Source of the DNA: Mycobacteriales bacterium
Lineage (GTDB): Bacteria; Actinomycetota; Actinomycetes; Mycobacteriales; QHCE01
NCBI GenBank assembly: GCA_013362805.1
Contig: JABFVL010000008.1
Location: 18,465-82,464 of the forward strand
DNA length: 64,000 nt
Direction of reading: 5' to 3'
Below, piece by piece: positions 35,807 to 45,842 of this stretch (the stretch's first letter is position 1; every line of letters begins with the position of its first letter). Under the pieces are notes generated by a model that saw only the letters and a program-made list of their open reading frames with translations, was not told the DNA's origin and made no database searches. The position numbers and the translations under genes are program-made.

Positions 35807-36901
35807 ATGCGCAAATCAACAGTTCTCGGCATGGCATTGGGCGCGGCAGCTGTAGGGGCCGCGGCGTGGATAGCGGCCGATTTGCGCAAATCGTTCGGCG
35901 GCGAGCCCGACGGCGACGAAATGAAAAGATCTCCGCAATTTAAAGATGGAATCTTTCACAATGTTTCGCCAGCTCATCCCATTCCGGTATCGGAAAGCCG
36001 GAGCATGATCGCCGAGCTGCTTTTCGGAAAGCAGCGACGCGAACCCAGCGGCCCCGTTCCATTGGCCATCCCCATAACGGCTCCCGCGCCCAAAGGACTG
36101 CACATCACCTGGTACGGACATGCCTCTTCGCTCGTCGAAATCGACGGTGCGCGTGTGCTGCTTGACCCGGTATGGAGTGAGCGCTGCTCACCGTCCCAAC
36201 TCGCCGGCCCACGTCGATTGCACCCCACTCCAGTTTCATTGCAGGACGTAGGCCCTGTCGATGCCGTGGTGATCTCGCACGATCATTACGACCACCTCGA
36301 CATGCGGACAATTCTCACGTTGACCAAATCGCAAGCTTCGCCATTCGTTGTACCGCTAGGCGTCGGTGCGCACCTGCGAAAGTGGGGCGTCCCGGGCAGT
36401 CGCATCATCGAACTGGACTGGCATGAGGGCGTCGACATCGCGGGACTTCGGTTGACCGCCACACCGGCCCAACATTTCTCGGGCCGGCTCTTCACCCGCA
36501 ACAACACACTGTGGGCGTCCTGGGTGATTGCCAGCAAACAACACCGGGTTTTCTATACGGGCGACTCTGGCTATTTCGACGGTTACGCCACCATCGGCGC
36601 CGAATATGGCCCGTTCGATGCCACCTTGGTGCAGATCGGCGCCTACAACACAGCGTGGCCGGACATTCACATGACTCCCGAAGAAGGCGTCGCCACTCAC
36701 CTCGATCTCAATGGTGGCCTAATGATTCCAGTGCATTGGGCGACCTTCAAACTCGCGATGCATTCCTGGACCGAGCCCGCCGATCGTCTTTGGCGGGAGG
36801 CCAAGGCCCGCAACATCACGTTGGCGGTGCCGCGTCCTGGCGAGCGGGTAGATGTCAGCTCGCCAGGCGAAGTTGATGGCTGGTGGCAGGCGTTGGCTTA
36901 A
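35807..36901 (+). CDS. MBL-fold metallo-hydrolase
   Basis: Has the VISHDHYDHLD metal-binding motif, an N-terminal signal/anchor, and a later GDSGYF motif. Confidence 0.8.
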   Translation: MRKSTVLGMALGAAAVGAAAWIAADLRKSFGGEPDGDEMKRSPQFKDGIFHNVSPAHPIPVSESRSMIAELLFGKQRREPSGPVPLAIPITAPAPKGLHITWYGHASSLVEIDGARVLLDPVWSERCSPSQLAGPRRLHPTPVSLQDVGPVDAVVISHDHYDHLDMRTILTLTKSQASPFVVPLGVGAHLRKWGVPGSRIIELDWHEGVDIAGLRLTATPAQHFSGRLFTRNNTLWASWVIASKQHRVFYTGDSGYFDGYATIGAEYGPFDATLVQIGAYNTAWPDIHMTPEEGVATHLDLNGGLMIPVHWATFKLAMHSWTEPADRLWREAKARNITLAVPRPGERVDVSSPGEVDGWWQALA

Positions 36902-36902
36902 T

Positions 36903-37688
36903 TTACGGGAACGGCCAAGGGTTGATGGTGCACCCTTGCAGCCCGTATGTCTGTTGCTGCATGACCGGCGCTGGTTGGCCAGCGCCTGGGCAATAGTCGT
37001 GCCCGTGGCCGAGGCGATGTCCTACTTCGTGATTGATCACATATTGCCGGTATTCGGTAAGCGAGTCACCATAGTCGGGCACCGCTAGCATCCACCGGGC
37101 TAGGTTTATCACCACTTTGTCCCCGGTCCGGCACGAGGTGTATCCAGCGGTGTCCATCGGAGCGCACAAAGCGTCGACAGTTTTGGGCGAAGCGAGATAT
37201 AGAACAAAGCTGGGATTGGCGGTGTCTACGCGCTGGAATGCGACATCGCCTTGGGAAATCCAGCTTCGGTTGTCACCCAGGGTGGCTTCCACTTCCGCTG
37301 CGAAAGCGGCGCCGTCTTGTTCAATTCCGTCTTCGATTTGAACTTGGTACGTATACAACTGTGCATTGGCCGCACCGGATCGCTGGCCAGTTCCACTGAC
37401 CGTGGTGAAGGTTCCGGCCCCTTGCTCCACTGGTTGCGCCGGCGGGGTCACCGATGGTGTAGCGAGCGGTGTGGCGGCGTGATCGACGGGCGGGCTTTCG
37501 CTGCCAGGTTGCGGTGGCGTGTGCTCATTTGAGGTCTTTGCTTGGGCCGAGCTTAGTGAGTAGTACCAGGTGAAACCTAGTCCAGTAGCTACTGCTGTCA
37601 CCAGGATGAGCAGGGTGATGGCGCGGCGTTGGCGCATACGCCGTCGCCGTGCCCGTCGGGCGATTCGAGTCTCCTGTGTAGAGTCCAC
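36903..37688 (-). CDS. DUF3152-like secreted/anchored zinc metalloprotease
   Basis: Has an N-terminal Arg-rich segment plus TM and a C-terminal HEVGHRLGHGH zinc motif. Position and layout resemble mycobacterial Rv3207c. Confidence 0.75.
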   Translation of the reverse strand: MDSTQETRIARRARRRRMRQRRAITLLILVTAVATGLGFTWYYSLSSAQAKTSNEHTPPQPGSESPPVDHAATPLATPSVTPPAQPVEQGAGTFTTVSGTGQRSGAANAQLYTYQVQIEDGIEQDGAAFAAEVEATLGDNRSWISQGDVAFQRVDTANPSFVLYLASPKTVDALCAPMDTAGYTSCRTGDKVVINLARWMLAVPDYGDSLTEYRQYVINHEVGHRLGHGHDYCPGAGQPAPVMQQQTYGLQGCTINPWPFP

Positions 37689-37805
37689 GCGTTTCAGCTC
37701 CGTTTATCCCCTATGGCGTCTTTGCGGCAAGTAAACCGCTTCTCGGCTCCACTAGTACGGTACGACGCGGGGATAAACGCCTTTCACTTGCCCTACATAC
37801 AGCCT

Positions 37806-38723
37806 CTAACTCCACTCTGGAGGCAGAGGTTCCGGATATGGGGGCATAATGGAACCTGGCACCAGACTAGGCTTTCGCGCCACATATGGCACGACCGAGC
37901 TCCCGCTCGCCTCGGCGGGTTCATCGGAACGCTCCGCCGAATGTCTACCTTTCGCCACGACCACTTCACGTGAATACGCACTCGCGCCCGCCTCGACAAA
38001 ACGCTCCGGCGCTGGCAAAGCTGGCTGCTCCGAGGGCGGTGTTGATCTGGAATTACGCACCGCCAAAAAACTATCCAAGCGGCGATTCAGCGCATCCAGC
38101 GTGGCCCGAGCCGCGGCGTGCGCGGCATCACCTTTCACCAGAGCATTGCCGCACAACCGCTCCGTGCGCCCCGGGGTAAGAAATGTCACCAAGGTCAAAA
38201 CGATGCGATCCCCACCAACATCGATGATGTCCGCATAGTCGAGCCCCAATCGCGCATGTTCTTCCAGCACCTCAGCCAATGCGGACAAGGTCGCCTCCGC
38301 CGTCGTGCGCAACAACGCGCGCTCCGACGCCGGCCCACTGGATGTGCCGCTAACTTTCTTCCCGGCGCACGACAACTTAACCTGAACCTCGCTGTCCAAG
38401 CCCCCCGCGATTGCCTGAACACGTTCCAACCGCACAGCGCGCTCCGGTCCTTGCCGCAGCATCGAGGGAGTGGAGTCTTGCGCGGTGATCGCCAACCGGT
38501 GCCCCGCGTCGATGGTCAACGCGAATCTTTCATCCAGCAGTCGAGTCACCTGTTCGGCGACGACGAACTCGTTAGCACCTTCGGAGATATCCAATTGCAA
38601 ACTGCGATCCCCACCCGCCGAGGTGTTCACCCGCGCATCGCGAACACCCGGAACCTCCACAACGGCGGCCAATAATGACTCCACCGAAAACTGATGCGAA
38701 TCTGAACTCTCCACTTTCGCCAC
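37806..38723 (-). CDS. hypothetical protein
   Basis: 305 aa with a GTG start. It contains repeated modules ending in A-x-A-T-L-x-A-L-type helices and a Pro-rich tail. No family recognised. Confidence 0.5.
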   Translation of the reverse strand: MAKVESSDSHQFSVESLLAAVVEVPGVRDARVNTSAGGDRSLQLDISEGANEFVVAEQVTRLLDERFALTIDAGHRLAITAQDSTPSMLRQGPERAVRLERVQAIAGGLDSEVQVKLSCAGKKVSGTSSGPASERALLRTTAEATLSALAEVLEEHARLGLDYADIIDVGGDRIVLTLVTFLTPGRTERLCGNALVKGDAAHAAARATLDALNRRLDSFLAVRNSRSTPPSEQPALPAPERFVEAGASAYSREVVVAKGRHSAERSDEPAEASGSSVVPYVARKPSLVPGSIMPPYPEPLPPEWS

Positions 38724-38838
38724 TGACGACCCCCAGCATCATCGGAAACGAGAACAGCGTTTCTGCGACACTACCCGTGCGATCAACCAAGCAGATTGTA
38801 AGACGAATCCTCGGGGTCAAAACTGAGTGAACTAAGCT

Positions 38839-39459
38839 GTGCTGATGTCTGATTCTTCGCCGGCGAACACTCGGCTGCCCCGCGGTGAGCGGCGCACCCA
38901 ACTTTTGCATGCCGCACGTGCTGTCTTCGTCGAACGCGGCTACCACGCCGCCGCCATGGATGAGATCGCCGAACGAGCCGGTGTTTCCAAACCGGTGCTC
39001 TACCAGCACTTCCCCGGCAAACTCGAGCTTTATGTCGCCCTGGTAGACGAACAAGCCGACTCCTTGGTGCGCCGCGTCCGCGAGGCTATCGAGTCAAGCG
39101 AGGACAATAAAACCCGAGTCTTCAACACATTGGCGGCATATTTCGATTTCGTTGACGCCGAAGGTGAAGCGTTTCGATTGATCTTCGAATCAGATCTGCG
39201 CAGTGAGCCCGCCGCCCGTGACCGGGTCGAACGTGCCTACCGCGAATGCACAAACGTGATTTGCGAAAACATCAGTGCGAGCACTGGGGCCAATCGCGCG
39301 CAGGCCGAGTTGCTCGCGGTAGGGCTGGCGGGAGCGGCCGAACTAGGCGCCCGCCACTGGCTCGAACAACGCCGAAATGTTCCCAAGCGAGAAGCGGTAG
39401 AACTACTGGCCGCACTGACCTGGCGAGGCATTTCAAACTTCCCCATCCAAGACAGCTAG
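38839..39459 (+). CDS. TetR-family transcriptional regulator
   Basis: RRTQLLHAARAVFVERGYHAAAMDEIAERAGVSKPVLYQHFPGK is a TetR HTH. The start may be ATG at 38845. Confidence 0.85.
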   Translation: MLMSDSSPANTRLPRGERRTQLLHAARAVFVERGYHAAAMDEIAERAGVSKPVLYQHFPGKLELYVALVDEQADSLVRRVREAIESSEDNKTRVFNTLAAYFDFVDAEGEAFRLIFESDLRSEPAARDRVERAYRECTNVICENISASTGANRAQAELLAVGLAGAAELGARHWLEQRRNVPKREAVELLAALTWRGISNFPIQDS

Positions 39460-39558
39460 CCGAGAACTTGCGCCCGGCGGCAACCAGCGTGAGCGTCGAG
39501 TAGCCTTGGCGACGGCGAAGCAGCAAGCTCGCTAAAACCTCAGATAAGGAGGCCCACG

Positions 39559-39786
39559 GTGGAGGTCAAAATCGGCGTGCAGTTCGCCCCTCGGGAACTA
39601 GTAGTGGAAAGCGCGCAAACTCCCGATGAAGTGACCGAATTGATCACCGAGGCGCTCACTGGCGAAAACAAACACCTCACCCTGACCGATGAGCGCGGTC
39701 GCCGAGTCGTGGTCCCGGTCGACAAGTTGGCTTATGTGGAGATCGCCGAAGCTGAGCCGCGTCGCGTCGGGTTTAGCGCCTCTTAA
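39559..39786 (+). CDS. DUF3107-family protein
   Basis: MEVKIGVQFAPRELVVES...VVVPVDKLAYVEI, 75 aa, located after the TetR gene as with mycobacterial Rv3208A. Confidence 0.8.
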   Translation: MEVKIGVQFAPRELVVESAQTPDEVTELITEALTGENKHLTLTDERGRRVVVPVDKLAYVEIAEAEPRRVGFSAS

Positions 39787-39794
39787 CCACTTAT

Positions 39795-39837
39795 CCTTGC
39801 CCATGCACTGCCTTTGGTTGGCATTGCGTGGGCAAGG
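39795..39837 (+). terminator. hairpin after the DUF3107 gene
   Basis: CCTTGCCCATGCA...TGCGTGGGCAAGG is a 13-bp stem with one T-G pair, 9 nt after the stop. No U-tract. Confidence 0.4.
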
Positions 39838-39870
39838 GTTCGACTGGCGAGCCCTTGAAGGGGGCTCGGC

Positions 39871-40119
39871 ATGGAACTGTGCACGCTACTGATCGTCGGC
39901 GCGCTGATCGGCGCGTTCGCCCGCCTCATTGTGCCGGGTTGGCAGCCAATTGGATTCATCGTCACCGTGCTGATCGGTGTGCTGGGTATCGTTGGCGGAG
40001 ATTTCATCGCCGATAAAGCCGACCTGGACGGGTTTGTGCACTGGCTCGTCGCGATCGGCATCTCGGTCATCCTGGTGTTTATTGTCGCCGGCGCCATGCG
40101 GTTCAGCAGCCGCCGCTAG
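39871..40119 (+). CDS. GlsB/YeaQ/YmgE-family small membrane protein
   Basis: 82 aa. LIVGALIGAFARLIVPG...GVLGIVGG is the typical pattern for this family. Confidence 0.75.
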   Translation: MELCTLLIVGALIGAFARLIVPGWQPIGFIVTVLIGVLGIVGGDFIADKADLDGFVHWLVAIGISVILVFIVAGAMRFSSRR

Positions 40120-40814
40120 TTACTCAAGCCCATTGCCGCCAAACGCTTGGTGTGAGCCACTGTAAGCCGTTTGAGCAGCTGACCCACGCCCGTTAGGCTG
40201 CCCGAACCCTCCACAACGAGCTCGGTGAGCGCATCTCGCTCAGCCGCGACCCGCTGCGCCTGGCTCACCGCCTCGCCCACCAACCGGCGAGCCCACAGCG
40301 CTAGCTCGTCTCCCCGAGCTGGATCCTTTTCAATCGCCGAACGCACCTCGGCCACGGCGTAATCGGCGAGCCGAGTGTCGTGAAGCACGTCCTGTACGAC
40401 AGTGCGGTCTTCATCGTCCAAAAACTCGGCGACCTCACGGTAGAAGTCGTCGGCGAAACCATCACCGATGTATGCCTTCACCAAGCCCTCAAGCCAATCG
40501 TTGGGTCTGGTACGGGAGTGAAATTCATCTATTGGTGTGACAAACGGCTTCATGGCGCTGCGAGGGTCAACGCCAAGTTCGGCCAGCCGGTCCGCCAGGC
40601 TTTGATAGTGCTGCACCTCAGCCGCGGCAATCTGACTTAGAAGAGCGCGTTTACGCAGGTCAGGGGCAAGTTTTGCGTCATTGGCGATGGAGTCAAAAGC
40701 GACCAGTTGTCCGTAACTCAACAAACCCAAAAGGTCGATGACTGCGTTTCGTTTTCCCACCCACCCACCGTACTGGTCGGGCCCGAACTGGCCGGTATAC
40801 CCTCCGGTCAACAA
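40116..40814 (-). CDS. ferritin-like-fold protein
   Basis: 232 aa, all-helical, with paired E...H-containing helices (AAEVQHY, EFHSRTRP). Its conserved position next to the DEAD-box helicase recalls Rv3210c. Confidence 0.55.
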   Translation of the reverse strand: MLTGGYTGQFGPDQYGGWVGKRNAVIDLLGLLSYGQLVAFDSIANDAKLAPDLRKRALLSQIAAAEVQHYQSLADRLAELGVDPRSAMKPFVTPIDEFHSRTRPNDWLEGLVKAYIGDGFADDFYREVAEFLDDEDRTVVQDVLHDTRLADYAVAEVRSAIEKDPARGDELALWARRLVGEAVSQAQRVAAERDALTELVVEGSGSLTGVGQLLKRLTVAHTKRLAAMGLSN

Positions 40815-40959
40815 TTGTGCTTTGCGTCATTGGTTTCCGCGTCACTATTACGCTACGCGCTCGACTCAAGTACTATGCGCTGTAACGCCTGCTAGATGGC
40901 GACACTGGCATGAAACACACAGCCACGCCGCGCGGGACCATTCGAACCTGAAATTTCTT

Positions 40960-42444
40960 ATGCCTGAGACGCACAAACATAACCCATTGTTCGCCGATCT
41001 CGGAGTCCGACCAGAAACGGTCGCCGCCTTGGAGAATGTCGGCATCAGCAGGGCTTTCGCCATTCAAGAGCTCACCCTGCCCATCGCACTGGCCGGAGAT
41101 GACCTGATCGGCCAAGCACGCACCGGAACCGGTAAAACCCTAGGTTTCGGGATCCCACTCATCGATCGAGTAAAAGCACAGTCCGACGGAGCCAGCGGCA
41201 AACCGCAGGCTCTAGTAGTCGTACCCACCCGTGAACTGTGCATTCAAGTAAGCAATGACCTGGACAACGCGGGCGCGACCCGCAAAATTCGCGTGCTCTC
41301 CATCTACGGCGGTCGGGCCTATGAGCCCCAGGTCGAAGCGCTCAAAAAGGGAGTCGATGTCATTGTCGGCACCCCAGGGCGGCTGCTAGACCTCGCGCAG
41401 CAGGGCATCTTGAAGCTCAACGAAGTGTCGATTCTGGTACTCGATGAAGCTGATGAAATGCTCGATCTTGGCTTTTTGCCGGACGTCGAAAAAATTCTGA
41501 CGCAACTACCAGACACGCGCCAGACAATGCTGTTTTCGGCCACTATGCCCGGCCCGGTGGTGTTGCTGGCTCGCCAGTTCATGAACCGACCCATTCACGT
41601 GCGCGCCGAATCACCCGACGAGCTGCAAACTGTCCCCACAGTGACCCAGTTCGCCTACCGGGTGCACGCCATGGACAAAGTCGAAATGCTCGCCCGCCTG
41701 CTGCAGGCAAAAGACCGTGGCCGCACTATGGTCTTCTGCCGCACCAAGCGCGCCGCTCAAAAAGCCAGTGATGAGCTCGCCGAACGTGGATTCGCGGCGG
41801 CCTCGGTGCACGGCGATCTCGGACAAGACGCCCGCGAACGTGCCCTCAAAAAGTTCCGCTCAGGAAAAGTTGATGTTCTTGTCGCCACGGATGTGGCCGC
41901 CAGAGGCATCGACGTGGGTGGCGTGACGCACGTCGTCAACTTCCACTGCCCAGAAGACGAAAAGACCTTCCTGCACCGGGTGGGGCGCACTGGTCGCGCC
42001 GGCGACGCAGGCGTCGCGGTGACTTTTGTGGATTGGGAAGAACTGGCCCGTTGGCAAAGCATCAACAAACTACTTGAACTTCCGTTCGCGGATCCCGAGG
42101 AAACCTATTCCACCTCCGAACACTTGTTTACGGATCTGGGCATTCCAGAAGGCTCAACGGGATGGGTGCGCACGCCCGAGCCCGCCGAGCCGCGCGAAGT
42201 CACGAAAGCCGTGACCAGGGCCCCCAAAGATGGCAAGCCCACCCGTCGACGCACCCGACGAGGCAAGCCAACGGTGGGTGCGGATGTTGAAAGCACGTCG
42301 CACAAAGTAGCGGTGGCCAGCCCGGCCTCAGCTGTTGAGCTGCCCACGTTCCACCCGGCGCCAGCCACCGAGCCAGCGATCAACCCCACGCCGATTCAGC
42401 GGCCTGCGCCCACGGATATTCACGCACTGTTTTCACACGCCTGA
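40960..42444 (+). CDS. DEAD-box ATP-dependent RNA helicase (RhlE-like)
   Basis: Has a Q-motif, AQARTGTGKT, LDEADEML, SAT and HRVGRTGRAG. The start is set at MPETHK (ATG 40960); the track ORF has a spurious 74-codon extension. Confidence 0.9.
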   Translation: MPETHKHNPLFADLGVRPETVAALENVGISRAFAIQELTLPIALAGDDLIGQARTGTGKTLGFGIPLIDRVKAQSDGASGKPQALVVVPTRELCIQVSNDLDNAGATRKIRVLSIYGGRAYEPQVEALKKGVDVIVGTPGRLLDLAQQGILKLNEVSILVLDEADEMLDLGFLPDVEKILTQLPDTRQTMLFSATMPGPVVLLARQFMNRPIHVRAESPDELQTVPTVTQFAYRVHAMDKVEMLARLLQAKDRGRTMVFCRTKRAAQKASDELAERGFAAASVHGDLGQDARERALKKFRSGKVDVLVATDVAARGIDVGGVTHVVNFHCPEDEKTFLHRVGRTGRAGDAGVAVTFVDWEELARWQSINKLLELPFADPEETYSTSEHLFTDLGIPEGSTGWVRTPEPAEPREVTKAVTRAPKDGKPTRRRTRRGKPTVGADVESTSHKVAVASPASAVELPTFHPAPATEPAINPTPIQRPAPTDIHALFSHA

Positions 42445-42455
42445 TAACGAAAAAT

Positions 42456-43061
42456 CTAGTTGGGGCCCCACACCATGTCGGCGCCGGAGTGGCCAGCCAG
42501 TACGACGTACACCGTCGCGGCCACGCCAACCAGCACAGCGGCCACCGACAATCCGGTGGAGACACACGCCCAGATGAGCCGCCGGCGATATTGAACCTCC
42601 GCTTGCGGTTCGCTGGAGTCGACGTCGGCCTTGGTTGCGTCTTCTTCTTTCTTATCGGATTTTTTATCGGAGGCTCGGCCTGGACTTTTGGCAAAGGCGT
42701 GACGCAAACTTTCCAGTTCGTTCATCCGACCACGGAAGATGTCCACCGCCACCAGGGCTACCGCCAAAACGCCAAGCACGAGTGCGAGGTAAAACACCAC
42801 TGTGCCGTAGTTGCTGTGTTCTTGCACCGGGTCCGTGTTGGCAATGCCTTGGCTATCGGCGAAGCTTTCTCCGGAAGATTTCGCCACCCCTCCACCAATA
42901 GCCGATCCGGCAGCCAGGAATGCGACAGCCCAGCCGGTGTATCGACGCCACGGTAGCGCTACGGCGTACACGATGGACAACACAGCGGCCATAGGAATCA
43001 TCACAATTGGCGCGTGCACGGCGAGTGGGTGAATCGGCAGGTCACCTATTTGGTCAAACAT
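42456..43061 (-). CDS. DUF2231-like membrane protein
   Basis: 201 aa with 4 TM segments and an N-terminal IHPLAVHAPIVMIP motif. Confidence 0.55.
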   Translation of the reverse strand: MFDQIGDLPIHPLAVHAPIVMIPMAAVLSIVYAVALPWRRYTGWAVAFLAAGSAIGGGVAKSSGESFADSQGIANTDPVQEHSNYGTVVFYLALVLGVLAVALVAVDIFRGRMNELESLRHAFAKSPGRASDKKSDKKEEDATKADVDSSEPQAEVQYRRRLIWACVSTGLSVAAVLVGVAATVYVVLAGHSGADMVWGPN

Positions 43062-43079
43062 CGCTCCAGGTTAGCGGCG

Positions 43080-43964
43080 TTAAGCCGCGAGGCGCTGCTC
43101 ATTCACCGCTTTTGGACTTAGCGCCGCCCAGGGTTCTTGTGGGTCAGCGGCTCGTTGCCCCTCGGCACATACTCTGTTGAAATCGCACCAGCCGCAGCGC
43201 GAACCCGGATTCGCGGGAAAGACTCTGTCTGGGTCTTTCCCGGCTTTCAGCTCCTTCTGGCCATCCTGCACGTCTTGCGCTGTCGCTTCGGCACGACGCA
43301 GATGTCGAGCTAGAGATGCTTCAGTGTGAGTATGCGAGGCCACGGTTCCGCTGGGCAGATGGTGAAGTTCAACCCGTTGACAGGCTCGACGCAGAGTGCG
43401 TGAGGTGGCCAGTGCGTACAGGGCGAGCTGTCGTGAGGATGCGGCGTCGTGATCGGTGGGAGGAGTGCGCCCTGTTTTGTAGTCGATGACGATGGCTTCA
43501 TTGCGGCGAGTGTGGTGACCGTCGACGCGGTCAACTCGCCCAGAAAAGGCGATGGCGCTGGTTTTCATCGCGACAGTGCGTTCGGCGCCCAGGGGTTCTT
43601 CCCGTGGATCGAGGGTGGCTAGGTACATCGTGAGCCACATTTTCGCGCGCGCCCGGGCGCCCCTTTCTTGGTCTTGATCGCGGAATCCTTGATTGATCCA
43701 TGCGTTAGCGAGTAGTCGTTCGGCCGCTTCGGGAACCCGAGCGGCTAGTGGCAGATCCCAATAAGCCCGTAGCGCGAGATGAAGTGCGGCACCCACTGAC
43801 ATGTGTGCCCAGGGTGGTCCTTTGCGTGGCGCGGGACGATCGAGGTATGTGTATCGGTATTTTCTCGGACATTCCTCGTAGGTATTGAGTTTTGCGGGTG
43901 TGCAGACGAAGAGCTGTTCCGGCATGCCCGGAAACCCGAGCTGCCCGGATGGGGGGCGCGGCAT
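43080..43964 (-). CDS. stand-alone PD-(D/E)XK nuclease with Cas4/AddB-type 4-Cys motif
   Basis: Has CPRKYRY near the N-terminus, IDYKTG, and C-terminal CGWCDFNRVC (C-Xn-C-X2-C-X5-C). Confidence 0.8.
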   Translation of the reverse strand: MPRPPSGQLGFPGMPEQLFVCTPAKLNTYEECPRKYRYTYLDRPAPRKGPPWAHMSVGAALHLALRAYWDLPLAARVPEAAERLLANAWINQGFRDQDQERGARARAKMWLTMYLATLDPREEPLGAERTVAMKTSAIAFSGRVDRVDGHHTRRNEAIVIDYKTGRTPPTDHDAASSRQLALYALATSRTLRRACQRVELHHLPSGTVASHTHTEASLARHLRRAEATAQDVQDGQKELKAGKDPDRVFPANPGSRCGWCDFNRVCAEGQRAADPQEPWAALSPKAVNEQRLAA

Positions 43965-44076
43965 TAGTCCATCCTGCCAGAAGCGGGCCGTCGATAGTTA
44001 CGATCGCGACGCGGCCCTTAGCAAAACCAAGGTCAGGTGCAAGAATGGAGCCCAACGCTAAGCGGGGAGACATTCA

Positions 44077-44313
44077 ATGGGGCTACTTCAATGGCTACGC
44101 GGCGACGCCGATGGGCCTTCCAGCACAGTGGGCGCCGCCGCGCTCATGGAGCTCGACGCTAACCTCTCCCCCGCTAAACGGCAGCAAATAGAAAACCTGG
44201 AAACGCTCGAGAGCCTGCGTGAGGAAGAGGGCACCGGCGCCAAGGGCGATCGCCGCGACATTGATCTTGAGTCTGGCGTAGCCACCATTCGGGTTCCTCG
44301 CACCGCTTCTTAA
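44077..44313 (+). CDS. small hypothetical protein
   Basis: 78-aa ORF, acidic. No motif recognised. Confidence 0.4.
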   Translation: MGLLQWLRGDADGPSSTVGAAALMELDANLSPAKRQQIENLETLESLREEEGTGAKGDRRDIDLESGVATIRVPRTAS

Positions 44314-44921
44314 GCAGTGTCGATAAACGCCCGAACCCCATCCGCCACCAACTGCACCGCGATCGCCGCCAGCAGCAAACCAGCTATGCGCGTGATAATC
44401 GTGATTCCCGCCTGCCCAATGAGGCGCTGGAATACCACCGAGAACCGCAGGACTATCCACAGCAGCAGGTGAATCGCCAAGATGGCTGCCCCCAGGGCGG
44501 TAAATTCCCCAGCGTCCTCGGCGTGTTGGGCGAAAACTATCACGGCCACGATGGCACCTGGACCGGCCAGCAGAGGTGTGCCCAGCGGCACGAGCGCGAC
44601 GTTGACGTCGCGGGTTTGGCTGGGCGCTTCAGCCTTGCCCGTCAAAAGCTCCAAGGCAACGAGCAACAACAACAGACCGCCCGCAACTTGCAGAGCTGGA
44701 ATAGAGATTCCGAGGAAGCTCAGAATTTCTCGCCCCGCCAGCGCGAACACCACGATGACCGCCAACGAGGTGACCACAGCTTGCCAGGCCGCTTTCGTGC
44801 GGGCGCGCACATCTTGACCAGCGGTAAGTGCCAAAAACAACGGAATGGCCCCGGGTGGGTCCATGATGACCGCTAGGGTGACAAACGATTCACCAAAAAC
44901 CCGCGCATCGAACGCGCTCAC
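44310..44921 (-). CDS. MarC-family membrane protein
   Basis: FVTLAVIMDPPGAIPLFLALT and six TM helices. Confidence 0.85.
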   Translation of the reverse strand: MSAFDARVFGESFVTLAVIMDPPGAIPLFLALTAGQDVRARTKAAWQAVVTSLAVIVVFALAGREILSFLGISIPALQVAGGLLLLLVALELLTGKAEAPSQTRDVNVALVPLGTPLLAGPGAIVAVIVFAQHAEDAGEFTALGAAILAIHLLLWIVLRFSVVFQRLIGQAGITIITRIAGLLLAAIAVQLVADGVRAFIDTA

Positions 44922-44938
44922 CGTGCCACCCTTCTTCG

Positions 44939-45799
44939 TTAGCCCACTATCGGCACACTCCCAGTTGCGGCACTGACGAGCTTTTCGTAGGCCGCGACCG
45001 TGGTTGTCGCGTTCTCCCCGAGCTGGATCGGCTTATGACTGCCGTGGTAGTCACTAGAGCCCGTGACTACAAGTCCCAGTTCAGCGGCGAGTTCATGCAA
45101 TCGGGCACGCTGGTGAGCGTCATGATCGGCATGATCGGCTTCAATTCCGGTCAAACCCGCGGCGGCAAGCTCGGCAATCACGCTCTCAGGCACGACTTTG
45201 CCTCGTTTGTCCGCTTTTGGGTGAGCAAACACCGACACGCCCCCGGCGCGCTGAATCAGCCTCAACGCGTCGAAAACTGGGATATCTGCCTTTTCAACAC
45301 GGTACCTGGCCCCCAACCAGGACGACGCAAAGGCCCCGTTCATATCTTTTACCAGGCCACGGGCGATAAGCGCCTTGCCAATATGCGGCCGACCCACCGG
45401 CGCCCCATCCGCATAGCCAAGGACTTCATCCCAGGTGATATCCAAACCGCCCTCCTGAAGAAGCTCCACAATCTTCGCCCCGCGAGCGGCACGGGATTCA
45501 CGCAATCGCAGGCGCGCGTGACGGAACGTGGGCTCATCCCGGTCAAAGAGATACGCCAAGATGTGCAGACTGATCGGGTATGGCTCGTGAGGACTGTTCC
45601 ACCGACAGGACAGCTCAAGCCCAGGCACCAAGGTCAACCCCTTGGGAATCGCCGTGATTGCTTCATCCCAGCCAGCCGTCGTGTCGTGATCGGTCAACGC
45701 GATCACATTCAAGCCGACTTTGTGCGCCTGGGTCATCAGCGCCGCGGGTGACACCGTGCCATCGCTGGCCGTGGAATGGACATGCAAATCGATGCGCAT
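44939..45799 (-). CDS. PHP-domain phosphoesterase
   Basis: MRIDLHVHSTASDGT...ALTDHDT...FAHP...SDYHG are metal-binding motifs of PHP proteins. Confidence 0.85.
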   Translation of the reverse strand: MRIDLHVHSTASDGTVSPAALMTQAHKVGLNVIALTDHDTTAGWDEAITAIPKGLTLVPGLELSCRWNSPHEPYPISLHILAYLFDRDEPTFRHARLRLRESRAARGAKIVELLQEGGLDITWDEVLGYADGAPVGRPHIGKALIARGLVKDMNGAFASSWLGARYRVEKADIPVFDALRLIQRAGGVSVFAHPKADKRGKVVPESVIAELAAAGLTGIEADHADHDAHQRARLHELAAELGLVVTGSSDYHGSHKPIQLGENATTTVAAYEKLVSAATGSVPIVG

Positions 45800-45842
45800 G
45801 CACCCACGTTATCCCTAGCGGGGCTTGGCGCCACTAACGCGC

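Noticed and set aside
40738-40959. N-terminal 74-codon extension of the DEAD-box helicase ORF
   Set aside because: The extension overlaps the divergent ferritin-like gene and is Trp/His/Pro-rich. The helicase Q-motif region follows the internal ATG at 40960.
45035-45751. 238-aa plus-strand ORF
   Set aside because: It is antisense to the PHP-domain gene, which has clear metal-binding motifs.
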